The notes below the pieces were generated by a model. The model did not search any database, was not told the origin of the DNA, and worked only from the letters and a program-made list of their open reading frames with translations. A stretch of 11,809 nt of DNA from an uncultured delta proteobacterium (lineage in GTDB: Bacteria > Myxococcota_A > Polyangia > Palsa-1104), in contig CAWAWS010000032.1 of assembly GCA_963785725.1 (NCBI GenBank), positions 1 to 11,809 of the forward strand, read 5' to 3'. The position numbers and the translations under genes were made by a program. Shown here piece after piece: positions 1 through 7,233 of this stretch. How positions within the stretch are numbered: the stretch's first letter is position 1; each line of letters begins with the position of its first letter.

Positions 1-424
1 GCGTCGGCACGACCGGCGGCGGCGAATCCAGCGTCGCCTGCGGCTGCGCATTGCGCGCGGCCTGCTCCTCGTGGATCGCCTGCTCGAGGCTGGCGATGAT
101 CTGCTCGGTGCCGTGGTCGCTGCCGGCTTTACCCGCGTCGTGCAAGTAGGTGCGATAGAAGCGCAACGCCTCTTCTTTCTTGTTCAGCTGCCGATAGCAT
201 TGCGCGATGTTGAACAAGAGCGACGGATCCTCGATGAGCCGATAGGCCTCTTTGAACGCATCGAGCGCGTCGCTGTATTCGGCCAGCTTGTAGTGCTGTT
301 GGGCGCGCCGGAAGACGTCGCGGGCCTGCGAACGCTCGACCGGCGTGCCGGCGGCGTGCGACAGACCGCCGAATACGGACGAGCTCAGAGTCACGGTCAG
401 CGTGAGGACGGCAAAGAACCTCAT
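1..424 (-). CDS. Secreted tetratricopeptide-repeat (TPR) protein, myxobacterial type; 3' end runs off the window
   Basis: Translated by hand from ATG 424-422, with no stop before the window edge: MRFFAVLTLTVTLSSSVFGGLSHA-AGTPVERSQARDVFRRAQQHYKLAEYSDALDAFKEAYRLIEDPSLLFNIAQCYRQLNKKEEALRFYRTYL...PPPVVPT. Signal peptide ending S-H-A, TPR helices (A..HY....Y..AL..FKEAY; LLFNIAQCYR; AL.FYR.YL), then a Pro-rich linker. Confidence 0.9.
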   Translation of the reverse strand, partial: MRFFAVLTLTVTLSSSVFGGLSHAAGTPVERSQARDVFRRAQQHYKLAEYSDALDAFKEAYRLIEDPSLLFNIAQCYRQLNKKEEALRFYRTYLHDAGKAGSDHGTEQIIASLEQAIHEEQAARNAQPQATLDSPPPVVPT

Positions 425-430
425 CGACGG

Positions 431-439
431 AAGGTAACA
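431..439 (-). promoter_or_regulatory. Putative extended -10 promoter (TG-T-TACCTT) 6 nt before the TPR start codon; leaderless geometry
   Basis: Minus strand reads TGTTACCTT-ccgtcg-ATG, matching TGn-TAnnnT. No good Shine-Dalgarno at normal spacing. Confidence 0.55.
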
Positions 440-536
440 CGAGCCCTCATCGGCGGACGCGAGGTCGATCACGAAAACGCGGCAAATCTCGGCCGATTTT
501 GTAGTCCGGCAGGCAACAGCGCCATGTTGCTGGCTA

Positions 537-914
537 CTACGGGCCGACGAACCGCTGCACGGTGGCGACGAGATCCTTGAGATCGATGGGCTTGGTCAGA
601 CAGTCGGCCGCGCCCACCGCCGCTGCCGTTTCGCGCGCGCGACTGTCGCCCGACAGGATGACGATCGGCGCCTGCGACACCGCGGCGGACGACCGCAGCT
701 GCTTGGCGAAGTCGACGCCATTGAGGCGCGGCATCATCAGGTCGAGGAGGATCAACGCGGGCGCCCCATCGCGTTCGTGCAGTCGATCGAGCGCGTCTTG
801 CCCGTCGAAGGCGCCGACCGCCCGATAGCCTCGCCGCTCGAGGACGAGCGCGATCACGTCGCGGATGTCCTCGTCGTCGTCGACAATGAGGATCCAGCCC
901 TTGGGCTTGGTCAT
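537..914 (-). CDS. Single-domain response regulator (CheY-like receiver), 125 aa
   Basis: MTKPKGWILIVDDDEDIR...ILLDLMMPRLNG...IVILSG...CLTKP: acidic pocket, phospho-Asp, Ser and Lys-Pro all present. ATG 914-912 overlaps the kinase TGA (ATGA). Ends with two tandem TAG codons. It is the C-terminal part of track ORF 537..2273. Confidence 0.95.
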   Translation of the reverse strand: MTKPKGWILIVDDDEDIRDVIALVLERRGYRAVGAFDGQDALDRLHERDGAPALILLDLMMPRLNGVDFAKQLRSSAAVSQAPIVILSGDSRARETAAAVGAADCLTKPIDLKDLVATVQRFVGP

Positions 915-3067
915 GAGGCCTGCTCCTGGCGCAGCTCGACGATGAACGTCGCGCCGGCGTCCGCCTGGCTCTGGACGGTCACCGTGCCGCCCAGCCCTTC
1001 GACGATGCGCCGGACGATGTAGAGGCCCAAGCCGAGCCCGCCGTATTGGCGCGACGAGACGGCGCGCTCGAAAGGCTCGAAGATCCGCTCCTGCCGGTCC
1101 TCGGCGATGCCGATGCCGTGATCGCGGACCATGAGCGTGGCCACTGTGCCCGATCCGGTGACGGCGAGCTCGATCGGCCGTCCCAGGCCGAACTTGATGG
1201 CGTTGCTCAACAAATTGACGACGACCTGCTCGAGGCGCAGGCGGTCCCAGCGGCCGCGCGCCGTGGCGGCGATCGTGACCGAGAGCGACGAGCGCGAGCG
1301 CGTGATCTCCGGCGCCAGCCGCGCCAGCGTCTCGCGCACGACCTCGCCGAGGTCGACGGTCGCGAGGTCGAAGTGCAGCCCGCCCGCGCGGACTCGGCCG
1401 ACGTCGAGCAGCTCGTCGACGAAGCGGGCGAGCCGGCGATCCTCGCGGTCGATGATCTGCAGCAGCTTGAGACGCGCGGCCGCGTCCGTCCCCGAATCTT
1501 TCAGCTCTTGCGCCGCCAGATGGAGCGAGGTCACCGGGCCCCGAATCTCGTGCGCTGCGATCGAGAGAAACTCGTCGCGCGCCGCCAGCGCATCGCTGGC
1601 CCGCCGGTACAGCCGCGCATTCTCGAGCGCGAGCCCGACGCGCGACGCGAGCGTCCGGAAGAGCACCAGGTCGGCCTCGACATAGCGGCGCTCGCCGGAG
1701 ACCGAGAAGGTGAGCGCTCCGAGGACCGCGTCGCGCGCCAAGACCGGGACCACGATATAGGCCCCCGACGCCTCGTTCCACATCAGCGACCGGCCCGCGA
1801 ACACCTCCTTCGGCACTTCGATCATGAGCGGCTTGGCCGGGTCGAGCGAGATCGAGAGCAGGCGGCGGGGCCCACCGCCATCGGAGAACAGGTCGACGGC
1901 ACAGGCGCTGGCGACGGACGGCAGCGCCAAGCGCGCCACGCCTTCGAGCCCCTCCTCGACGTCGAGCGAGGCGAGCAGCCGGCCGGCTTCGGAGAGGAAG
2001 AGCGCGCGTCGCAACAGCCCCTCGCGATCGGTGACGTCGCGATAGCTCCACACGCGGCCCACGATCTTGTCGTCGATGTGCTGCGGCCGCGAGTAGCGCT
2101 CGAACACGCGCCCATCGCGGAACTGCAGGGCGTCGAAGCTCTCGGCCGCCGGCTGCGCGCGCAGCTCGACCACGCGCCGCATGCAGGCCTCGGCGTTCTC
2201 CAGCTGCTCGTGCACGAGCGAGAGCAGATCCTCGAAGAGGGCGTGCTCCATGAACGTCCGCGACAGTCCCCAAAGGTCGAGCAGCCGCTGATTGTAGGTG
2301 GTGACCGTGCCGTCGCTATCGACCACGAGGAGCCCATCGGCGGTGGACTCGAGCGCGGCGCGCAAGAGCGAATAGGAGTGCTCGCGGCTCTGTTCGGCCT
2401 CCCATTTCTCGGTCATGTCCCAGCAGCTGCCGCCGAGACGCAGCGGCTTGCCGTGCGCGTCGACGCTGACGGCGCCGCGCGTGTGGAGCATGCGCACCGT
2501 GCCGTCGCGGCGTACGATGCGGTGGTCGTAAATGAACGGCTGGGCGGTGCGATAGGCCTCGAGCACGACGTTCTGAGTGTGTTGTCGGTCGTCGGGATGA
2601 ACCCGCGCGAGAAAGGCTTCGTAGGTGCCGTCGAACTGGCCCGGCTCGATGCCGTAGATGCGGTGCATTTCGTCAGACCAGGTCACGACGTTGGGCGCCA
2701 CGTTCCATTCCCAGCTGCCCACATGCGCGAGGCGCTGCGCTTCGGCGAGGAGCGCTGCGGTGCGTGCGAGATCGAGCGTGCCGTCCGACCTCTCGTGCCC
2801 GAGGACGACCGCGCCGGTGACCGCGTGTCCAGTCGTCGGGAGCGGCTGGAAGCGGAGATCGAAGCAGGCGCCGCCGACCTTCACCGAGGCGGTATGCGCC
2901 TGCCCCGCGAGCGACCGATTGCAGCCGGCGACGACCTCGGGGACGGCGGCGGCAGCGACGGAGATCGACTTGCCGACATCCTGAGCGCGCACGCCGAAGG
3001 CCCCGAGCGCGCTGCCATCGGCGAGCATCAGCACGCCCGCCCGATCGGTCACCAGCAAGACGTCCAC
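911..3067 (-). CDS. Soluble sensor histidine kinase: PAS-PAS-PAS-GAF-HisKA-HATPase_c, about 718 aa
   Basis: H box FLSIAAHEIRGP (His codon 1552-1550), N box EQVVVNLLSNAIKF, G1 DHGIGI, F box IFEPF, G2 GGLGLGL. PAS motifs AHVGSWEW...WSDEMHRIYG...VHPDDR and LESTADGLLVVD...GRVWSYRDVT. GAF ends LASRVGLALENARLY. No transmembrane segment. Start placed at GTG 3067 because AGGAGG lies 6 nt upstream; the track uses ATG 3091. Confidence 0.95.
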   Translation of the reverse strand: MDVLLVTDRAGVLMLADGSALGAFGVRAQDVGKSISVAAAAVPEVVAGCNRSLAGQAHTASVKVGGACFDLRFQPLPTTGHAVTGAVVLGHERSDGTLDLARTAALLAEAQRLAHVGSWEWNVAPNVVTWSDEMHRIYGIEPGQFDGTYEAFLARVHPDDRQHTQNVVLEAYRTAQPFIYDHRIVRRDGTVRMLHTRGAVSVDAHGKPLRLGGSCWDMTEKWEAEQSREHSYSLLRAALESTADGLLVVDSDGTVTTYNQRLLDLWGLSRTFMEHALFEDLLSLVHEQLENAEACMRRVVELRAQPAAESFDALQFRDGRVFERYSRPQHIDDKIVGRVWSYRDVTDREGLLRRALFLSEAGRLLASLDVEEGLEGVARLALPSVASACAVDLFSDGGGPRRLLSISLDPAKPLMIEVPKEVFAGRSLMWNEASGAYIVVPVLARDAVLGALTFSVSGERRYVEADLVLFRTLASRVGLALENARLYRRASDALAARDEFLSIAAHEIRGPVTSLHLAAQELKDSGTDAAARLKLLQIIDREDRRLARFVDELLDVGRVRAGGLHFDLATVDLGEVVRETLARLAPEITRSRSSLSVTIAATARGRWDRLRLEQVVVNLLSNAIKFGLGRPIELAVTGSGTVATLMVRDHGIGIAEDRQERIFEPFERAVSSRQYGGLGLGLYIVRRIVEGLGGTVTVQSQADAGATFIVELRQEQAS

Positions 3068-3073
3068 GCAGCC

Positions 3074-3079
3074 CCTCCT
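3074..3079 (-). promoter_or_regulatory. Shine-Dalgarno AGGAGG of the histidine kinase
   Basis: Minus strand AGGAGG-ggctgc-GTG GAC GTC, in frame with the kinase ORF. Confidence 0.75.
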
Positions 3080-3458
3080 GTCACGACCCATTCCAAGTCA
3101 TGCCGATAAGCCGTATCCCACCACGCACGTGGACAGCACCACACGATATCGGCGCAATGGCTCGCATTGCAATCGATCGCTCGAGCTCATGGCGACTCAG
3201 TCGAGGGCCCAAGAGTAATGCGTTCGCCAATCGGATGCGGTGGACAACCAACGGAACAAATGCCGCAGAGAAATCGACCAACGCAAGGAAGCTCTAAGCT
3301 CCCGTCGCCAACAAGACGACGGAGTAGCCGACCGCCGTCTTGGCGCCGGCGTTCGAATAGCCATGCTTTTGATCGCCGCGGAAGACGACGACGTCGCCGC
3401 GACACAGCTTGACGATCGGGCGCGCGCAGCCAAGTCAGCGACGCAGCCGCTTTGCGGA

Positions 3459-3515
3459 TGGAAACCTGAGCCGCGGGCCGCTAACCTCCAGCGAATCGAA
3501 CCTTGAGCGAGGAGG
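3459..3515 (+). promoter_or_regulatory. Possible sigma70-type promoter (TGGAAA-N17-TAACCT) and RBS GGAGG for the MBL hydrolase
   Basis: TGGAAA 3459-3464, 17-nt spacer, TAACCT 3482-3487. GGAGG 3511-3515 lies 10 nt before ATG 3526. The promoter match is only partial. Confidence 0.4.
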
Positions 3516-3525
3516 CGTGAGCGCG

Positions 3526-4372
3526 ATGCTGAGCTGGCAAGTGGGCCGGGTGAAGATCACCCGCATCGTCGAGATGGATTTGCCGGTGCCGGCCGCCGTC
3601 ATGCGCGCAGGCCACGGCCGCGGAGCTGCGCAAGTCGGCGTGGCTCTATCCGCACTTCGTCAGCGAAGACGACGACATCCTGAAGCTCAGCGTCCACGCG
3701 CTGCTGGTCGAGGCGCCGGGGCTGAAGCTGGTCGTCGACACCTGCATCGGCAACGACCGGCCGCGCGAGATCACCGGCGGCGAGCCGCTGGCGACGCCGT
3801 TCCTGCAGCATCTTGGCGAGGTCGGCTGGTCGCGCGACGGCGTCGACGCCGTGGTCTGCACGCACCTGCACGTCGACCACGTCGGCTGGAACACGATGCT
3901 CGAGAACGGCCAGTGGGTGCCGACCTTCCCGAAGGCGCGCTACCTCATCGGCCGGCGCGAGTACGACTTCTGGAGCGCCCACGACGACGAGGAGCAGCAG
4001 GCGATGCTCGGCGACAGCGTCAAGCCGATCTTCGACGCCGGCCTCGCCGAGCTGGTGGAGCTGGACCACGTGATCTCGCCGGAGATCCGGCTCACGCCGT
4101 CCATCGGCCACACGCCGGGCCACGTCAGCGTGATGATCGAGTCCGAGGGCGAGCGGGCGGTGATCACCGGCGACATGACCCACCATCCCTGCCAGCTGGC
4201 GCACCCCGACTGGTCGCTCGGCGACAACGACCCGAAGGCCGCCGTGCTCACCCGCTGGCGCCTCTTCGCCGAATGGGCCGACCAGCCGATCCTCGTCATC
4301 GGCACCCACTTCGCCGCCCCCACCGCCGGCCATATCGTCCGCGACGGCGCGGCGTTCAGGTTTGCGGTGTGA
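3526..4372 (+). pseudogene. Metallo-beta-lactamase-fold hydrolase (YtnP/lactonase-like group), frameshifted at about 3604; about 281 aa if repaired
   Basis: N-terminus MLSWQVGRVKITRIVEMDLPVPAAVM is in the frame of ATG 3526. The rest (AQATAAELRKSAWLYPHF...LSVHALLVE...VVDTCIGNDRPR...THLHVDHVGWNT...GHTPGH...ITGDMTHH...GTHF...FRFAV*) is in the +1 frame, which is closed upstream by TGA 3551-3553. HxHxDH and the downstream H, D and H ligands are intact. Could be a sequencing or assembly error rather than a true pseudogene. Confidence 0.85.
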
Positions 4373-4505
4373 GCGTCGCATCCCCACATCCGCTGCGGCG
4401 TCGCTCGTGACGTCGAGCTGCCGCCATCCCATCTGCACGCTCATCGGCGACGCGGCGTGCAGCATCGCGTCGGGTCGGATGCGCGGCTGCACGCCGGGGC
4501 TCGCG

Positions 4506-4706
4506 GTGAAGACGATCGATGCGCCCGTGTTCGACGAGGTGCGCGCGCTCCTGACGACGATCGCGACGGGTGACCGTGACGCCGCGATTCGGCTGGCCGC
4601 GATCGTGCGGCGCGAGGCCCGCGCCGATCGCAGCTTGCTCGCGCACGCACGCCACGACGAGCCCGAGCTGGCGGCGCAGCTCGCCGAGCTCCTCGTTCGG
4701 CGCTGA
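4506..4706 (+). CDS. Small hypothetical helical protein, about 66 aa (alternative start ATG 4479)
   Basis: VKTIDAPVFDEVRALLTTIATGDRDAAIRLAAIVRREARADRSLLAHARHDEPELAAQLAELLVRR*. Third codon positions are strongly G/C from GTG 4506 onward, and the pattern is amphipathic. No family recognised. Confidence 0.6.
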   Translation: MKTIDAPVFDEVRALLTTIATGDRDAAIRLAAIVRREARADRSLLAHARHDEPELAAQLAELLVRR

Positions 4707-4733
4707 CGACAGCACGCAGCTAAGCAGTGACGG

Positions 4734-4773
4734 CGCGCGACGGCACGAGCGAGCCCGCTTGCGTCGTCGCGCG
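4734..4773. terminator. 18-bp imperfect inverted repeat downstream of the small ORF
   Basis: CGCGCGACGGCACGAGCG-agcc-CGCTTGCGTCGTCGCGCG: 15 Watson-Crick pairs, 2 G-U and 1 mismatch on the + transcript. No U-tract. Confidence 0.45.
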
Positions 4774-4839
4774 AACGCGGACGCAGCTCGGCCAGCCATG
4801 TCCCGCGCGGCCAAGTCGCGACAGCGCCGCGCGCTCGGC

Positions 4840-4878
4840 CGACCCGGCGGCGCGCAGCGATGACGCGCGGCCGGGTCG
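4840..4878 (-). terminator. GC-rich hairpin abutting the GH38 stop codon
   Basis: CGACCCGGC-g-GCGCG-(9 nt loop)-CGCGC-g-GCCGGGTCG: 9+5 bp with one mismatch, directly after the TGA at 4881-4879. No U-tract. Confidence 0.45.
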
Positions 4879-7233
4879 TCAGTCGAGCTCGACGCGTAGG
4901 GTGACGACCTCGTTGGCGGCGATGGGCAGCGCCAGCTCGTCGGCGGCGGCGCGCGGCAGCTCGGGACCGACGCGCTCGTCGAGGTCGGACCACCAGGCGC
5001 GGCGCACGGGCCGGAAGAAGCGCAGCCGCGCCGTCACCGTCGCCGCCGGCGCGCCGCACAGGCGCACCACGAGCGCCGTGCCGTCTTCGGCGCGCTTGCA
5101 GATCGAGAGCCGCACCGCCGCCGGCTCGAGCGCCAGGAGCGGTCGATCGTTCGGCTCGGCCGCTTCCAAGGCCACGGCGTGCGCCGTCACCAGCGCCGGC
5201 TCGAGCGCGCGCACGGCGTCGTCACCGAAGGCGATGGCGTAGTCGAAGCGATGCTGGCCGAGGCCTTGCGCGGCCGGCGTCGTCACGTTGTAGCCGGCGT
5301 GGCCCGGTCGCGTCGTCAGGTCGCCGCGCGACATCCAGCCGACGGCGCGAAACAGGGTCAGCCAGATCGTGCCGTCGCTGCCGCGCTCGACCTCGTGCAG
5401 GCCGAGGCCGCCGAAGGCGAGCGGCGCGGCGCCCGTCGTCGTCGTGATGGCCGTCGTCGGCTGCGTGCCGCGCGCGTCGGCGCCGCGCTCGAGCCAGCCG
5501 AACGCCGTCTCCGTCCACAGCGACGCCGGCGGCGGCGACAGGTCGAAGCGCGCGCGCAGCCGCCGGTCGGGCGTGCGCTGGTCGACGTCGACCGCGATCT
5601 CGACGCGGCGATCGACGACGCGCGCCGAGAGCCGCACGCCGAGATCGTGGTCGCGCGAGCTGCGCACGGTGCCGTTCGGCAGCGGGCAGAAGTCGTAGAG
5701 GTCGCCGCGATCGCCTTCGTCCTCGAACGTGTGCGTGATGGCAAGGCCGCTCGTGGCGTCGACAATCTCGAGGCCGCCCGGAATCGGCCGCACGATCAGC
5801 GACGCCGGCGGCGTCGGCGTCGGCGCCGGCGCGCCGGGCACGAGCCGCGCAATCCGCACGCCGTGCGGCGGCAGGTCGCGCGGGAACAGCCGCAGCCGCA
5901 GCCACTCCGCCGGTCGCAGGCCGGGCCCGTCGGTGGGCGTGCGCGCCACGATCTCGTACGGCACGTCGCCGGTGGGCCCGACGAGGGCAAAAGGTCCGTC
6001 CGCCACCAGCCGCTGCACGTCGACCTCCGCCTGCGCGCTGCAGACGAACGGGTGCGGGTTCAAGATGGCGATGGCCTCGTGCAGTGCGAAGTCGGGCGTG
6101 CGCGCGCCGACCAACGTCGCCGTCGCCTGCGCGAGCAGCGCGCGTCCGAGCTGCGTCACGCGGCGCAGGCGATCGTCGATGTCGCGGTGCACGTCGTCGA
6201 CGGAGCAGCCGCAGATCGAGTCGTGCGGCTGACATTGCAGGAGCTGCCGCCAGACGTGCGCCAGCGCCTCGTGCCGCCCGGTCGTCGCCAGCGCCAAGAA
6301 GGGCTCGACCAGGCGCACCACCAGCGCTTGCGCGCGATCGTGATCGCGCTTTTGCCAGCTGCGCGCCGACCACACGCCCGACAACACGGGTGCCGTCGGC
6401 GTCGCCGCGCGCAGCTCGCCGGCCACGACCGGCAGCGCCGCCACGTCGACGCGCTGGCGCACGATCGCCGCCGCGCGCTCGAGCGACGCGTGCTCGAGGT
6501 CGACGTCGGGCCGCGCCGCCGCCAACGCCGCCAAAAGGCGCGGCACGTCCTGCTCGACCGGTTGGTGGTCGTTGCCGTTCATCCACAGGAGCAGCGCGGC
6601 GCGGCTGCGCACAAGCTCGCGCGCGAGGTCGGCGTCGAGGCGCGCCGTCGCCGCCGCGACGTCGCTGCCGAGGCGATGGGCGTTGCCGTAGCCGCCGGGC
6701 AAGAAGAGGCACAGCACCTCGGTGCCGTCGAGCGCGCGCCAACGCCACTCGCTGCCGGGCGCCGCCTCGCCGACACCGCGCCAGACGACGGCGGTGTCGA
6801 TGGCGAAGCCGCGCAAGATCCGCGGCATCTGCGCGATGTGACCGAAGGCGTCGGGCAGATAGCCGATGTTCATGGCGCGACCCAAGCGGCCGGCGCTGCC
6901 GCGGCCTTCGATCAGGTTGCGCACGATCGCTTCGGCGCCGACGAGAAACTCGTCCTGCAGCACGTACCACGGGCCGATGCTGATGCGGCCGGCGGCGACG
7001 TGCGCCCGCAGCCGCGCGCGCAGCTCCGGCCGCAGCTCGAGCACGTCGTCGATGCAGATGGTCTGGCCGTCGAGCATGAAGTGGCGGAACGACGGGTCGC
7101 GATCGAGCGTGTCGAGCAGCGTGGCCACCAGCTCGCACAGCCGCAGGCGAAAGACCTCGAACGGCTGATACCACTCGCGATCCCAGTGCGTGTGCGAGAC
7201 CACGACGATCGCCGGACGCATTTCAGCCGCCAT
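4879..7233 (-). CDS. Glycoside hydrolase family 38 (alpha-mannosidase / MngB mannosylglycerate-hydrolase-like), cytoplasmic
   Basis: SHTHWDREWY (Zn ligands), FMLDGQ, IGPWYVLQDE, GYLPDAFGH (nucleophile Asp), NGNDH, QPHDSICGCS, DRGDLY, LTLFRAVGWMSRGDL.TRPGHAG. No signal peptide. Start is ATG 7233 or ATG 7221 (TGA-A-ATG after the GH29 stop). Confidence 0.93.
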   Translation of the reverse strand: MAAEMRPAIVVVSHTHWDREWYQPFEVFRLRLCELVATLLDTLDRDPSFRHFMLDGQTICIDDVLELRPELRARLRAHVAAGRISIGPWYVLQDEFLVGAEAIVRNLIEGRGSAGRLGRAMNIGYLPDAFGHIAQMPRILRGFAIDTAVVWRGVGEAAPGSEWRWRALDGTEVLCLFLPGGYGNAHRLGSDVAAATARLDADLARELVRSRAALLLWMNGNDHQPVEQDVPRLLAALAAARPDVDLEHASLERAAAIVRQRVDVAALPVVAGELRAATPTAPVLSGVWSARSWQKRDHDRAQALVVRLVEPFLALATTGRHEALAHVWRQLLQCQPHDSICGCSVDDVHRDIDDRLRRVTQLGRALLAQATATLVGARTPDFALHEAIAILNPHPFVCSAQAEVDVQRLVADGPFALVGPTGDVPYEIVARTPTDGPGLRPAEWLRLRLFPRDLPPHGVRIARLVPGAPAPTPTPPASLIVRPIPGGLEIVDATSGLAITHTFEDEGDRGDLYDFCPLPNGTVRSSRDHDLGVRLSARVVDRRVEIAVDVDQRTPDRRLRARFDLSPPPASLWTETAFGWLERGADARGTQPTTAITTTTGAAPLAFGGLGLHEVERGSDGTIWLTLFRAVGWMSRGDLTTRPGHAGYNVTTPAAQGLGQHRFDYAIAFGDDAVRALEPALVTAHAVALEAAEPNDRPLLALEPAAVRLSICKRAEDGTALVVRLCGAPAATVTARLRFFRPVRRAWWSDLDERVGPELPRAAADELALPIAANEVVTLRVELD

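Noticed and set aside
71..580. 169-aa plus-strand ORF and 129..440 minus-strand ORF
   Set aside because: Shadows of the TPR gene (minus strand, ATG 424), which has a recognisable signal peptide and repeats.
915..2273. N-terminal 450 aa of the 578-aa ORF, which would suggest a large fused regulator
   Set aside because: Arg/Ala-rich off-frame read of the kinase gene. Only 537..914 is a receiver, with its own ATGA-coupled start.
1046..3109. 687-aa plus-strand ORF
   Set aside because: Antisense mirror of the kinase; stop-free because of high-GC codon bias; no motifs.
3158..3171. TGGC...TTGCA resembling a sigma54 -24/-12 promoter
   Set aside because: GG-to-GC spacing is 8 nt, not the required 10.
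3081..3506. Several 65-88 aa ORFs in the intergenic spacer, including 3081..3281 as a possible leader or frameshifted kinase N-terminus
   Set aside because: None has recognisable motifs; 3081..3281 has many A/T third positions; the kinase has its own AGGAGG-GTG start.
3851..4372. Antibiotic-resistance metallo-beta-lactamase call
   Set aside because: The HxHxDH, bridging Asp (GD) and GWNT context fit general cytoplasmic MBL-fold hydrolases; there is no signal peptide.
3409..4410. 333-aa plus-strand ORF
   Set aside because: Only 3526-3603 is real (the MBL N-terminus); the rest is out-of-frame read-through after the frameshift.
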